A DNA stretch of 64,000 bases, taken from the NCBI GenBank assembly GCA_964291655.2, contig OZ219802.1:1-64000 (forward strand). The letters are read 5' to 3'. Under the pieces are notes generated by a model that was not told the DNA's origin, ran no database searches, and saw only the letters and a program-made list of their open reading frames with translations. Of this stretch, positions 19,929 through 30,524 are shown one piece after another; position 1 is the first letter of the stretch, and the number at the start of each line of letters is the position of its first letter. The DNA comes from Chloroflexota bacterium. Its GTDB lineage: Bacteria > Chloroflexota > UBA11872 > VXOZ01. A program made the position numbers and the translations under genes.

Positions 19929-21026
19929 ATGCCGTTCTCTTCTTGGCGTTCAAGCATACTAGGTCCCTTTAGTTCGTTCCTTGGTCTATTTTCTCAGGAC
20001 CTGGGAATCGATTTGGGCACGGCAAACATGCTGGTGTATGCCAGGGATAGGGGTGTCATCGTTTCCGAGCCCTCAGTGGTTGCGATGGACATGCGGACGA
20101 AGCGGGTGCTCGCCGTCGGCGCGGAAGCGAAACGGATGGTTGGGCGTACGCCGGCAAGCATCGTTGCGGTACGTCCTCTCAAGGACGGGGTTATTGCTGA
20201 CTTCGAGACCGTTGAGACAATGCTCCGATACTTCATCGACCGCGTGCATACTAGCTTTCAATTGGTCCCCCGTCCTCGCGTAATAGTTGGCATACCAAGT
20301 GGTGTGACCGAGGTAGAAAAGCGCGCTGTCCAGGATGCCGCTATCAACGCGGGTGCGCGCGAAGCCTATTTGATCGAGGAACCAATGGCTGCGGCTATTG
20401 GCGCGGGGCTGCCGGTAGATGAACCGGCCGGCAACATGATTGTCGACATAGGCGGCGGAACCACTGAGGTAGCGGTCGTATCCTTGGGCGGTATCGTGGT
20501 GAGCCGCTCTGTTCGCGTCGCTGGTGATGAAGTGGATCAGACTATTATCGACTATGCCCGTCAGGCCTACGATCTTCTCATTGGTGAACGCACTGCAGAG
20601 GAGACCAAGATTGCTGTTGGGTCAGCCTATCCGTTGCCGGATGAACAGGACAAGGTGTACGAGATGCGGGGCCGAGACATGCTGTCGGGTCTCCCGAAGA
20701 CGGTCACGGTGACGCAAGCGGAAATGCGTGAAGCGATCGCGGGTCCAGTGAGCGATATTATCGAAGCAGTGAAAGTATCGGTTGAGGAAACTCCCCCTGA
20801 GCTTCTTGGCGATGTCGTAGATCGGGGAATAGTGCTTACCGGCGGTGGAGCGCTATTAGGCGGCATCGACAGCCGGATTTCTGAAGAGACGCTTGTTCCG
20901 GTGGTCATTGCGGAAAACGCCCTTACCTGCGTAGCGCTGGGAACGGGAGCGTGCCTCGACGATATCGAGTCTTACCAGAAGCTCTTCGTTTCCGATTCAC
21001 GTGAGTACGCGCATGTAACCTCTTGA
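19929..21026 (+). CDS. mreB: Rod shape-determining protein MreB
   Basis: GIDLGTAN, EPSVVA, PLKDGVIADF, IEEPMAAAIG, DIGGGTTE, LTGGG. Confidence 0.97.
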   Translation: MPFSSWRSSILGPFSSFLGLFSQDLGIDLGTANMLVYARDRGVIVSEPSVVAMDMRTKRVLAVGAEAKRMVGRTPASIVAVRPLKDGVIADFETVETMLRYFIDRVHTSFQLVPRPRVIVGIPSGVTEVEKRAVQDAAINAGAREAYLIEEPMAAAIGAGLPVDEPAGNMIVDIGGGTTEVAVVSLGGIVVSRSVRVAGDEVDQTIIDYARQAYDLLIGERTAEETKIAVGSAYPLPDEQDKVYEMRGRDMLSGLPKTVTVTQAEMREAIAGPVSDIIEAVKVSVEETPPELLGDVVDRGIVLTGGGALLGGIDSRISEETLVPVVIAENALTCVALGTGACLDDIESYQKLFVSDSREYAHVTS

Positions 21027-21050
21027 CCTTGGCTTGGTACCTGAGACATA

Positions 21051-21914
21051 ATGCGTGACTTCAACGTTCAGCCGCAAGCACTGGCTCTACGGCTTGCGCT
21101 CCTAGTCATTGCCGCGGTATTGCTCGTCTTCCTTTCCCGACAGGGCTGGCTTCGCCCTGTGGAAAATGCCGTATCATACGTAGCTGTGCCAATACAGCGT
21201 GCCCTCGATAGCACAACCGGCGCGGCTGCCTATGTCTTAGGTTCCTTCCAAGAGACGCGAAACCTCCGTGAGGAGAATGCCGCACTCCGCCGTGATGTGG
21301 AGAACCTCTTTCAGGAAGTCGTAAGTCTCCGCGGTGCAAAGATTGAAAACCGCACATTGCGCGAGCAACTGGGATATGTGCAAACGACTTCTGAGTGGGA
21401 CTTGCTACCTGCCCAGGTCGTTGGGAGAGACCCGACCAACCTGTTGGATTCCATCATTATCGATCGCGGAAGCAATGGTGGGCTGGAGAGAGGTATGGTC
21501 GTGGTGACCCATCTCGGAGTCGTGGGCAAAGTCACCAGTGTCACATCGCATTGGTCAAAGGTTCAGCTCATTACAAGCCCTTCAATGGCGGTGAATGCTG
21601 TTGTTCAGGGCGGCCCTCGCCGAGCCTTCGGCATTGTTTACGGCACACCCGACGGACTGCAAATGCGATATATCTTGCAGACCGAGGAGCTTAGCGAGCA
21701 CGATCTTATCGTGACAAGTGGTGTGGGCGGGGGCTATCCGAAAGACTTTGTATTGGGCAAAGTCGTAAACGTGCAGCAAGAGGACTATGAAGTCTTCCAA
21801 ACTGCAGTAATCGAACCGTATGTGGATTTCTCGCAGTTGGAATATGTGATGGTGGTAGCGAATTTCGTGCCGCTGCCGCTGGAGGAGAGAGACATCGCGG
21901 GGCCCAATCTATGA
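21051..21914 (+). CDS. mreC: Rod shape-determining protein MreC
   Basis: TM helix, coiled coil (LREEN..L, ENRTLR), IDRGS..G, VTSG.GG.YP; operon position. Confidence 0.94.
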   Translation: MRDFNVQPQALALRLALLVIAAVLLVFLSRQGWLRPVENAVSYVAVPIQRALDSTTGAAAYVLGSFQETRNLREENAALRRDVENLFQEVVSLRGAKIENRTLREQLGYVQTTSEWDLLPAQVVGRDPTNLLDSIIIDRGSNGGLERGMVVVTHLGVVGKVTSVTSHWSKVQLITSPSMAVNAVVQGGPRRAFGIVYGTPDGLQMRYILQTEELSEHDLIVTSGVGGGYPKDFVLGKVVNVQQEDYEVFQTAVIEPYVDFSQLEYVMVVANFVPLPLEERDIAGPNL

Positions 21915-22426
21915 ATGACGTTTCACGTCCTGCCATCGTGATTTTGATGCTGGTGGCTGCCGTGGTGCAAACAAGCGTTGTGTGGCATTTTCCGCTGTTT
22001 GGCATTGTTTGGCTGCCCATGCTGCAAATTGTGACCTTGTTAGCACTTTGGTATGGCCCGGCAGGCGGCGCTGGATGGGGCTTCGTAGGAGGGTTGCTCC
22101 TGGATGTCTTCTCCGACGCGCATTGGGGATTGAGTGCCCTTGCACTGACAATTGCGGGCTTCGTGGGAGGATTCGCGATCAGTGTCGTTCAACCAAACCG
22201 AGCAGTGCTGGCGGCAGTCACGGCAATTTGGGTAATTGCGGTCTATTTTGTCCTACTTGGCGCTCTGCTAATTACATTCGACCATAGATTCTCGTTTCGC
22301 GATATGCTCTTGGAGATGGCGTTGCCAACGGCGATACTCAACGCGCTCTTTGCCCCATTGGTAGTCTTCGTTGGATTTCGCTTTCTCGAAGTGGCCTCAG
22401 GGAATCCGAGTATCAGGAGGCGATAG
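21911..22426 (+). CDS. mreD: Rod shape-determining protein MreD
   Basis: Small polytopic membrane protein with GF.GGLL.D; ATGA overlap with mreC. Confidence 0.9.
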   Translation: MNDVSRPAIVILMLVAAVVQTSVVWHFPLFGIVWLPMLQIVTLLALWYGPAGGAGWGFVGGLLLDVFSDAHWGLSALALTIAGFVGGFAISVVQPNRAVLAAVTAIWVIAVYFVLLGALLITFDHRFSFRDMLLEMALPTAILNALFAPLVVFVGFRFLEVASGNPSIRRR

Positions 22427-24279
22427 TGGCTGAGGAGAAAAGACTACTGACACGGCGTGAGGCTATCCGCTTCTATCTGCTCCGCATCGTGCTGTTGGGG
22501 TCATTTCTCGCGCTTGTCGCTCGGCTGTGGTACATCCAGATCGTTCGAGGGCCGGAGTATCGCAACCAGGCGGAGAACAACAGGCTACGTGTGCTCTCTG
22601 TCAAGCCATTTCGCGGCGTCATTTATGATTGGAACGGACAACGGGTAGCCATCAATGCGCCCAGCTTTAGCGTAGAGGCGCGTATGATCGACTTGCCGCG
22701 GGACGAGACGGAGAACGTGGCGAGACGTCTTGCAAGGCTTCTCGACATGCCGGCGCCTACAATCTTGGAATTGATGGCTGAAGGCTCATCGAATCCGTAT
22801 CAGCCAACCGTCTTGCAACGTGACGTTCCACGTCATGTTGCCCTTGTAATCGAGGAGGAGAACCCGTATCTTCCGGGCATCTCTGCCGTGAGCCGACCAA
22901 TTCGCAAGTATGCTGATGGGGATAGCGTAGGTCACGTTCTCGGGTATGTCGGTCCAATTCCCCACGAGCGAAGAGAGTTCTACCTGAATCGGGGGTATGA
23001 GCGGGATGACCAGGTAGGTATTGCCGGGATAGAATCCATCTATGAGACAGAACTCAACGGTGAGAAGGGCCAGCGAAACGTTGAGGTGAATGCGTATGGC
23101 CGCACCGTACGCGTACTGCGTGAATCTCCTTCCCAACCCGGGAACAACATTGTGTTGGGATTGGACTTGGATCTCCAAGAAGCCGTCACTGAAATGCTCC
23201 AAGAAGGGCTTGTCGAGTCAGGAGCGCCATCCGGCGCGGTTGTAGCCTTGGATGTCGCAAGTGGGGCAGTTCGGGCCCTGGTTAGCTTGCCGGGATTCGA
23301 TAACAATCTGTTTGCCCGGTCAATATCACAAGATGACTACCAACGACTTGCCAACGATCCGTCGCGGCCCTTAGTCAATCAGACCATTGCCGGACTCTAC
23401 CCGCCAGCCTCCACCTTTAAGCTTGTTAGTCTCGCGCATTGGCTGGAAAACCACAATCTAGACTTGGAAATGCGATTTGAGTGTCGGGGTGCGCTAACGC
23501 TTCCTGGCGGATGGGAATTTGGCTGCTGGAAACGCAGCGGACATGGCTTTGTCAACGCATATGAAGCCTTAGTCCGCTCTTGCGACGTTTTCTTCTACAC
23601 CTTGGTCGGCGGGAGCCCCTATACGGAATTTGAAGGGATTGGGCCTGAGGCGCTCGCGCAAGCCGCCACCTCCTGTGGCTTTGGGCAAGTTACGGGCATT
23701 GATCTCCCAGGCGAGCTGGAAGGTCTCATGCCCACACCAGAGCGCAAACAGCGCATAAAGAATGAGCCTTGGTTCCAAGGCGACTCCTACAATTCCGCCA
23801 TTGGACAAGGCGATGTCCTCAGCACGCCGCTGCAACTTGCGAATTTTACCGCGGCTATTGCAAATGGCGGCAAGTTGATGTACCCTAGAATGGCTGCTGA
23901 GATACAGGGCGCCAATGGCGAGCAGGTGCAGCCAATCACACGACGGTTGGCTCACAATCTGCCTTATTCTGCCGAGGTGTTAGCCCTAATCCGAAATGCA
24001 ATGCGTGACGTGGTGGTTCGCGGTACTGCAATCCGGATAGCTTCAAACCCGTACGGAATAGCCGGAAAGACCGGCACCGCAGAGTACCCCGGCCCCCGTG
24101 ATGAGAACGGACACTTGCCGACACACGCACTTTTCACGGGATTTGCGCCATTTGACGTACCAGAGATTGCTTTTGCCGTGGTGCTTTACGGCGCAGGTGA
24201 GGGCTCTGAGTTCGCAGCCCCAATCGCAGATAAGTTGACCCGCTTCTACTTCGAGTCTGCCGGGAAGGCTCAGCAATAG
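22426..24279 (+). CDS. mrdA: Penicillin-binding protein 2
   Basis: RLWYIQI, RG.IYD..G, transpeptidase motifs STFK, SCD, KTG. Confidence 0.95.
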   Translation: MAEEKRLLTRREAIRFYLLRIVLLGSFLALVARLWYIQIVRGPEYRNQAENNRLRVLSVKPFRGVIYDWNGQRVAINAPSFSVEARMIDLPRDETENVARRLARLLDMPAPTILELMAEGSSNPYQPTVLQRDVPRHVALVIEEENPYLPGISAVSRPIRKYADGDSVGHVLGYVGPIPHERREFYLNRGYERDDQVGIAGIESIYETELNGEKGQRNVEVNAYGRTVRVLRESPSQPGNNIVLGLDLDLQEAVTEMLQEGLVESGAPSGAVVALDVASGAVRALVSLPGFDNNLFARSISQDDYQRLANDPSRPLVNQTIAGLYPPASTFKLVSLAHWLENHNLDLEMRFECRGALTLPGGWEFGCWKRSGHGFVNAYEALVRSCDVFFYTLVGGSPYTEFEGIGPEALAQAATSCGFGQVTGIDLPGELEGLMPTPERKQRIKNEPWFQGDSYNSAIGQGDVLSTPLQLANFTAAIANGGKLMYPRMAAEIQGANGEQVQPITRRLAHNLPYSAEVLALIRNAMRDVVVRGTAIRIASNPYGIAGKTGTAEYPGPRDENGHLPTHALFTGFAPFDVPEIAFAVVLYGAGEGSEFAAPIADKLTRFYFESAGKAQQ

Positions 24280-24280
24280 C

Positions 24281-25468
24281 ATGATTGCTGTACGCAAGTG
24301 GAAACTATACGACTACTGGCTGACAATTGCTGCAATTGTCCTAGGCGCTGTCGGCATAGTGCTCATTCGCAGCGCGACACTCATTGAGTCCGGGGTGTCC
24401 GTGGACGTCATCAAGCAGACGGCGTTCTTGGGCATGGGCATCGTGATCTTAGTCATCTCCCCCAAACTGAATTACCGCTGGCTCGGCAGCTTGGCTTGGA
24501 TCGGTTATGGCGCATCCGTGCTAATGCTTGCCGCGGTGCTTGTTGCCGGTGTGTCCATTGGGGGTTCCCAGCGGTGGTTCATAATTGGACCCTTCTCCCT
24601 GCAGCCTTCCGAACTTGCAAAGATTGCCTTGATTGTGGTGCTTGCCCACTACTTTAGCGCTGGGCCGCACCGGGTTGAAGACATACGCTATTTCTTCGGT
24701 TCTATAGTTATCACTGCTATTCCGGCTTTCTTGGTGTATAGAGAACCGGACCTTGGTACCACGCTGATGTTCCTCGGCATATGGGGGGCGATGGTATTTA
24801 TGGCCGGGGTGCCGTTCCGGTACATCATCGCTATGTCCGTCGGTTTGCTGTGCGCAGTTTTCTTGCAGCTCATTCGCGTAAAAGAGTATATGTGGGAGCG
24901 CGTAACGACGTTCCTTGATCCTTCAGCGGACCCATTTGGCGCCGGCTACAATGTGCTCCAAGCGCGCATAAGTGTTGGCGCCGGTGAGCTTTGGGGCCGG
25001 GGTCTGTTCCAGGGCTCGCAGACCCAGTTGGAGTACCTGCGCGTGCAACATAAGGACTTCGTATTCGCAGTCCTGGCAGAAGAACTTGGATTCGTGGGCA
25101 GCATGCTCGTGCTTGGACTGTTTGCGGTGATTCTAATGCGCGCTTCGCTGATTGCCACAAGCTCGCGCGACCACTTCGGCCAGAATATCGCCGTGGGCGT
25201 TACGACGTTCTTATTCCTACAAACGTTTGTCAACGTGGGAATGATAATTGGATTGCTGCCCGTTACCGGAATTCCGTTGCCTTTCCTCTCATACGGCGGC
25301 AGCGCCTTGTTAGCTACCTTCTTAGGCATTGGCTTATTGCAGAGCATCGCCGTCCACAGTCAGGTGAAAACGTACGCGATGCCCCCGGTCTTCCAGGTCC
25401 CGGCGCGGGCAAGGTTGCGGTTGCTGCCTTGGAAGACGCAGCCTGCTGAGGAGTCTCGGGGCTCCTAG
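24281..25468 (+). CDS. rodA: SEDS glycosyltransferase RodA
   Basis: G.QRW, QPSELAK, PDLGT, H.DFVF...EE.GF.G, PVTGIPLPFLSYGGS. Confidence 0.95.
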   Translation: MIAVRKWKLYDYWLTIAAIVLGAVGIVLIRSATLIESGVSVDVIKQTAFLGMGIVILVISPKLNYRWLGSLAWIGYGASVLMLAAVLVAGVSIGGSQRWFIIGPFSLQPSELAKIALIVVLAHYFSAGPHRVEDIRYFFGSIVITAIPAFLVYREPDLGTTLMFLGIWGAMVFMAGVPFRYIIAMSVGLLCAVFLQLIRVKEYMWERVTTFLDPSADPFGAGYNVLQARISVGAGELWGRGLFQGSQTQLEYLRVQHKDFVFAVLAEELGFVGSMLVLGLFAVILMRASLIATSSRDHFGQNIAVGVTTFLFLQTFVNVGMIIGLLPVTGIPLPFLSYGGSALLATFLGIGLLQSIAVHSQVKTYAMPPVFQVPARARLRLLPWKTQPAEESRGS

Positions 25469-25590
25469 CGAATCCACACGATTCGCATGTGGAATTTTCC
25501 TTCACCGTCTAGTCACGCGTCGCCCCGGCGTGCCAAGCGTCTGCTGGCTGTTTCAAAGCCCAAGCAGCCACCTGTGCGTGCGCAAGCGGT

Positions 25591-26571
25591 TTAGGAATTC
25601 TCTATCACCTCAGGATTGAGGATGGTGGGAGGTCGATCGCCGGCAATTGCGGCCAAGATGTTGTTCGCAGCCAGTTCAGACATGTCGCTACGGGTATTGA
25701 AGCTGGCACTCGCAATATGCGGCGCGATTAGGCAATTGTCCAGCGTGAGAAGCGGATCGTCCATAGGAATTGGCTCAGGATCCGTAACGTCGAGCCCGGC
25801 CGCCCATATCTCGCCTGACTTCAGTGCGGTGTACAGAGCCTGCGGATCAACAATGGGACCGCGGGCAGTATTGATGAGCACCGCTGATTGTTTCATCTTC
25901 GCAAGCTGTTCCGTGCTGATAAGATGATGCGTCGCAGGTAGGTACGGGACATGCAGACTTACAAAATCGGATTCCTCTAACACCGTGTCAAATTCGGCGT
26001 ATTCCAGACCAAGTTCCTGCTCAAGATCCTCTCGTCGAACGACGTCGTTGTAAAGCACGCGCATCGAGAATCCCTGACCGCGTCGGGCCATCTCGGTCCC
26101 GATCCGACCCAATCCAATCAAGCCAAGCGTGGCGTGGTGAATATCTTGTCCCATGAGCAAGAGCGGTCCCCACGTTTCCCATTTTCCGGCCTGAACGAAC
26201 TCGTGGCTCTCGCGTATGCGTCGCGCTGCGGACATGAGCAACGTGAAGGCAAAGTCTGCCGTCGTGTCGGTGAGCACGCCGGGAGTATTGCTCGCCATGA
26301 TGCCGCGTTTCGTGCACTCAGCGACATCGATGTTGTCAAAGCCCACGGCCATGTTGGCGAAAATCTTCGCGTTCTTCGCCACATCCAAAGTTTCAGCATC
26401 CACTTTCTCGGTCAGCAAGCATAGCACGGCGTCTTTGTCGGCAATTGCCTTCAAGAAGACGTCGCGCGGCACGACGTCATCGCTATCCCAGATTTCCACG
26501 TCGCACGACTGCTGGAGGAGCTTGATTCCTGATTCCGGTATCCGGCGCGTGACATAGACTTTCGGCTGCAT
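25591..26571 (-). CDS. D-glycerate dehydrogenase / glyoxylate reductase (D-2-hydroxyacid dehydrogenase family)
   Basis: VGFDNID, NTPGVLT, GLGRIG, INTARG, GLDV..PEP, PHIAS. Confidence 0.9.
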   Translation of the reverse strand: MQPKVYVTRRIPESGIKLLQQSCDVEIWDSDDVVPRDVFLKAIADKDAVLCLLTEKVDAETLDVAKNAKIFANMAVGFDNIDVAECTKRGIMASNTPGVLTDTTADFAFTLLMSAARRIRESHEFVQAGKWETWGPLLLMGQDIHHATLGLIGLGRIGTEMARRGQGFSMRVLYNDVVRREDLEQELGLEYAEFDTVLEESDFVSLHVPYLPATHHLISTEQLAKMKQSAVLINTARGPIVDPQALYTALKSGEIWAAGLDVTDPEPIPMDDPLLTLDNCLIAPHIASASFNTRSDMSELAANNILAAIAGDRPPTILNPEVIENS

Positions 26572-26605
26572 GGTATGTCTACTCTTTCTTGTTGCTCAGT
26601 CGAGT

Positions 26606-27541
26606 TTACAGTTGCGCCCAGGCGGCCTGAAAGGTCCGCTTGGCATTGGCCATGAGAGAGAGTGAATCCTCGCCGGGCGCGGGCTTCAGTTCGAACGTGC
26701 AGAGCGGTTTATCCGTTGGGACATCACTGTCAAAGTACCCAATCTCGAACAGAATGCGGAGGAATTCAGTGAGTTCCGCGGTATCGTTTTCACCGTCCTC
26801 GTGGCCGAAACGGGGGTGCTGATCACCGTAGAGCGCGTGCCCCGGCTGCTTGATGCAGCTGCCAAGGTGAATGTGTCCCAAGTACTCCCGGGCAGCTGAG
26901 AGCGTAGCAAGTGGCGTCTCACCAAGCAGAGGAAGGTGCCCCTGGTCTACGAGCAGGCCGAAGTTTCCGCACTGAGCGCGTACGGCTTGGCAGAGCGGCA
27001 GCGTGTCCTCTATAGGCCCGACGAGACTCTTCTTGTCCACGTCCCGGTCGAATTGTTCGAGTGATACCCAGAGCGTGTAGTCTGTCCTCTGTTGCTCAGC
27101 GTACGCGCAAATCTCCTTGAGAGATTCGGCGAATGCCTTGAGTGCTTGGTCTTTATACTCTTCCCCAGGAAACGACGAGGGGCCGTCAAAGAGCCCAAGC
27201 ACACGGGTACCCATTGCATAGGCTTCGTCTACGGCTTGCTTGACCCGTACTACGACAGCTTGCCGGTGTGACTCATCGATACTGGCCAGATTCAGCTGAT
27301 TGCGCAAGAGGATCGGCTGGACGCCATAGCCGAGGTTGAGCTTCGTAGACTCGCTCAAGGCCTTCGCCTGCTTAGCGACAGCAGGGTCAGCGATATGAGT
27401 GATCTCAGCTACTTGAAAGAAGTCATCTGCTGTCAGGTGGCGCAGCGATTCGAGAATTGGCCCATCGCCACCCATTACCTCGGGAAAGAGCATAAAATGC
27501 ACGAATCCGAGGTGCATGTAGTGGCTCCAGTGTCTCTCCAT
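26606..27541 (-). CDS. Xylose-isomerase-like TIM barrel protein
   Basis: ATG 27541 after a GGAGGA RBS; LE.FD..VDKK.L.G, VD..HLP, HIHLG, YGD.HPRFG, FELKP. Confidence 0.8.
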   Translation of the reverse strand: MERHWSHYMHLGFVHFMLFPEVMGGDGPILESLRHLTADDFFQVAEITHIADPAVAKQAKALSESTKLNLGYGVQPILLRNQLNLASIDESHRQAVVVRVKQAVDEAYAMGTRVLGLFDGPSSFPGEEYKDQALKAFAESLKEICAYAEQQRTDYTLWVSLEQFDRDVDKKSLVGPIEDTLPLCQAVRAQCGNFGLLVDQGHLPLLGETPLATLSAAREYLGHIHLGSCIKQPGHALYGDQHPRFGHEDGENDTAELTEFLRILFEIGYFDSDVPTDKPLCTFELKPAPGEDSLSLMANAKRTFQAAWAQL

Positions 27542-27664
27542 GTTGGCTAGATTCCTCCGTCCGGCTAACAGATTGTCTTGGCTCGTGGCAAGTGTATCAA
27601 TGGATTCTGCGACTGTCAAAGCTGGGAATAATCGCCGGCGACACGAGTAAAACTGCGGCGCAAC

Positions 27665-28732
27665 TCACATTGCCCTTGTCAGCTGCGATTTCACGTATTC
27701 GATATTGGCAACCGGCGTTGGATCTACGTCATTGAGCAGAGCGAGATAGTAGCTAACATAGTCGCCAAGCAAGGTAGCATACAATTGCTGCGCCAAAGGC
27801 GTGGGGCCCTGCACAGTGATCGTCTCGCCGGCGATCGCTGAGGTCTTTAGTAGCTCCCTCGTCACTTCCATCCGGAAACGCGTCCGATTGTGATAGAGGG
27901 ACGACTGCAGCTGTACAACCTGCAGGACGGAGGTGTTTGCTGCAGGATGGCCGAACCCAACGACAGCATTGTGGTTCGCTTCCGGCAGGTGTTCAAACTC
28001 GGCCCAATGCTTGCTGTTTTCATTGATTTGAGTCTTCCAGCGTCGCGCTACTTCGCTAAGGAATTCGGCGCCGTAGATGCTGACAATGCGCCCATGTAGA
28101 GCGCGTGCCAACTGTTTAGCCGGATTCTTACGCTCAGGGACGGGGACGTCAATTTTCGGCGCCTGCCCTGCAACGAATTGAATCGCCTCCAGGACAGCGG
28201 CAGACGGGCAGAAGATAATTCCGAGCGCGGACAACGCATGAAGCACGGGCATGTAGAGATGGGGTAAGGCAGTGCGCGGCTGCTTGCGCACGTTTCGTAT
28301 CGGGTAGTGGGGAATACCGGAGCCCTGGGCACGTGCCTGGAGCGCTCCGCCGCCCGCGATAACTATCTGTTGCGTTGTCTTTTGAGAGGCGGCGTCGAAT
28401 GCTACCAAAGTCTCTTCCGTGTCGCCCGAAAAGCTGATGGCGACAGCCAGTGTCTTGTTGTCGACATACCCCGGAACGTGGTAACCGCGAACTACCTCAA
28501 TTGGCACAGACGCCGTGTTCGACCCAAGCGTGCGCGCAAGATCTCCGCTAATTGCTGACCCTCCCATGCCAAAGACTACTACCGAGCTCACAGCACGATA
28601 GGCCGGGGGAAGGGACACCGATTGTGCTTGTTCCCAAGCCGCGGCACAAGCATCTGGGAAACCCGCAATCTGGGCCGCCATATTGCCTGAGTCTAAGATT
28701 GAGAACGATCGCTCGTCGTCGAGGTTGGTCAT
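27665..28732 (-). CDS. Bifunctional phosphoglucose/phosphomannose isomerase
   Basis: GMGGSAISG, SFSGDTEET, QPR, RWKTQINENSK, PEANHN, DPTPV. Confidence 0.93.
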   Translation of the reverse strand: MTNLDDERSFSILDSGNMAAQIAGFPDACAAAWEQAQSVSLPPAYRAVSSVVVFGMGGSAISGDLARTLGSNTASVPIEVVRGYHVPGYVDNKTLAVAISFSGDTEETLVAFDAASQKTTQQIVIAGGGALQARAQGSGIPHYPIRNVRKQPRTALPHLYMPVLHALSALGIIFCPSAAVLEAIQFVAGQAPKIDVPVPERKNPAKQLARALHGRIVSIYGAEFLSEVARRWKTQINENSKHWAEFEHLPEANHNAVVGFGHPAANTSVLQVVQLQSSLYHNRTRFRMEVTRELLKTSAIAGETITVQGPTPLAQQLYATLLGDYVSYYLALLNDVDPTPVANIEYVKSQLTRAM

Positions 28733-28743
28733 GTTGTTGGCAA

Positions 28744-30432
28744 TTACGGCTTGTGGATGCGTACCCAGCGGTTCGGTTCTTTGCCATAGCTGCGGGAGCC
28801 AAGCTGGAATTCTTGGGCAAGCTCGTGTTGAAGACGGCGAACGTAGGAGTTGGCTGGCGGCAAGTCGACCGGGTGCGAGGTGTGCAGGGTCTCCTGAACT
28901 GCTGCCTCGGCCAATCGGAGGTCTTCAACTTCACTGGTTGGATGACGGGCGTTGAGGTCGAAGATGCTAGCAAGGCTCTGGTTGATCTGAGACTGAGCAT
29001 TGCTCCGCAGAACGAATATCGGGATTTGCTTCTGCTCAGCCAAGCGCAAGGGACCCGTTCGCTGGCGGTAGTAACTCTTGAGCGTCAGGACGACGTCGGC
29101 GGTGTCAAGGTCTTCGCTTACCCATGCCGGCACGGCCAAGTGCTTTGCCGCATCCTCCAAGCGCCTGCGACTTACGCCAAAAGGAAAGATGGAAACTGGG
29201 TCGCGCGTTGGCCCTTTCTCGTGCGCTTCCTCCGACCAGTGATCGGGTGTGAATTGAGACTTGGCAACACGCGATCGGCCATTATCGTGTGAACCGGGTC
29301 GCTCGTAGCGTTCCCTGACTTCACCTACTTGCGGGTCCCACAGCTCTTGCGCGCGAAGTTCTTTTGGCGGCGCAATTGCGTGCTTTGTCGTTTCAATCCC
29401 ATTGCTATCCCCACGCACCCGCTCCTCAACGGCTATTGGCCGTCCGCGCAGCAGGCTATCAATGGTCTCTGCAACATCCATGTGCACCATCATGTGATGC
29501 CAGCCCTTGATTTCTACCAAGACTTGAAACGTGGGCGGGACCTTGCGTTCCAGAACAGACTTCTGCGAGCGCCGTCGCCGCGCTTCTTCATCGCTGAGGG
29601 TCACAGATTGAATGCCGCCGATGAGATCGGAAAGAGTTGGATTTTGCATGAGATTAGTCAGAGTATTGCCGTGCGCCGTACCCACCAACTGAACACCGCG
29701 CTCGGCGATGGTGCGTGCCGCGGCAGCTTCTAACTCAGTACCGATTTCATCGATGACGATGACCTCAGGCATGTGGTTCTCAATCGCTTCGATCATGACT
29801 TTATGCTGGTCTGTTGAGCTTGGCACTTGCATGCGCCTTGCCCGGCCAATACCGGCATGGGGAATATCGCCGTCACCGGCGATTTCGTTAGAGGTGTCAA
29901 CCACGATGACCCGCTTGTTCGACTCGTCTGCCAGAACGCGGGCCACGTCACGGAGAAGTGTCGTCTTTCCCACGCCAGGGCTGCCAAGCAACAGCAGGCT
30001 CTTGCCGGACTCAACGAGATCGCGAATGATCTCAATCGTACCGAACACGGCCCGTCCAATGCGGCACGTCAGGCCGACAATGTCCCCTGTGCGGTTGCGG
30101 ATTGCTGATATCCGGTGGAGGGTCCGGGGAATGCCGGCGCGATTGTCGTTTGTGAATGCACCCAGCCGAGAGACGACAAAGGCGATGTCGTCGGCCGTTA
30201 TTTCCATGTCGTCCAGGAATGCTTCACGCTTGAGAAAGCGTGCTTCCGGCTTTCTTCCCAGATCGAGGACGATTTCGAGGAGGTCGGAAGTTCCTTCTAT
30301 TGCTTCCAATGAACCTCGGATCCGTGGCAGCATTACGCCAACGAGGGCTCCAATATCATCTGTAACTTGCATTTCGGTCTGAGTCAGTGGAGGCCCCAGT
30401 GCTACCGGATCATCCATTCGCATTTGCCCCAT
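28744..30432 (-). CDS. Ycf45/SpoIIIAA-like AAA ATPase with C-terminal R3H domain
   Basis: [59 protein letters not shown]. Confidence 0.9.
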   Translation of the reverse strand: MGQMRMDDPVALGPPLTQTEMQVTDDIGALVGVMLPRIRGSLEAIEGTSDLLEIVLDLGRKPEARFLKREAFLDDMEITADDIAFVVSRLGAFTNDNRAGIPRTLHRISAIRNRTGDIVGLTCRIGRAVFGTIEIIRDLVESGKSLLLLGSPGVGKTTLLRDVARVLADESNKRVIVVDTSNEIAGDGDIPHAGIGRARRMQVPSSTDQHKVMIEAIENHMPEVIVIDEIGTELEAAAARTIAERGVQLVGTAHGNTLTNLMQNPTLSDLIGGIQSVTLSDEEARRRRSQKSVLERKVPPTFQVLVEIKGWHHMMVHMDVAETIDSLLRGRPIAVEERVRGDSNGIETTKHAIAPPKELRAQELWDPQVGEVRERYERPGSHDNGRSRVAKSQFTPDHWSEEAHEKGPTRDPVSIFPFGVSRRRLEDAAKHLAVPAWVSEDLDTADVVLTLKSYYRQRTGPLRLAEQKQIPIFVLRSNAQSQINQSLASIFDLNARHPTSEVEDLRLAEAAVQETLHTSHPVDLPPANSYVRRLQHELAQEFQLGSRSYGKEPNRWVRIHKP

Positions 30433-30524
30433 GTACCGTCGATACGACGCTACGCTACTCTACGCGTTCCTGTGGAAGGTGACCGTCACCTCTTTCCTCG
30501 CGGAAGAATGCGGTATTCTCAGTG

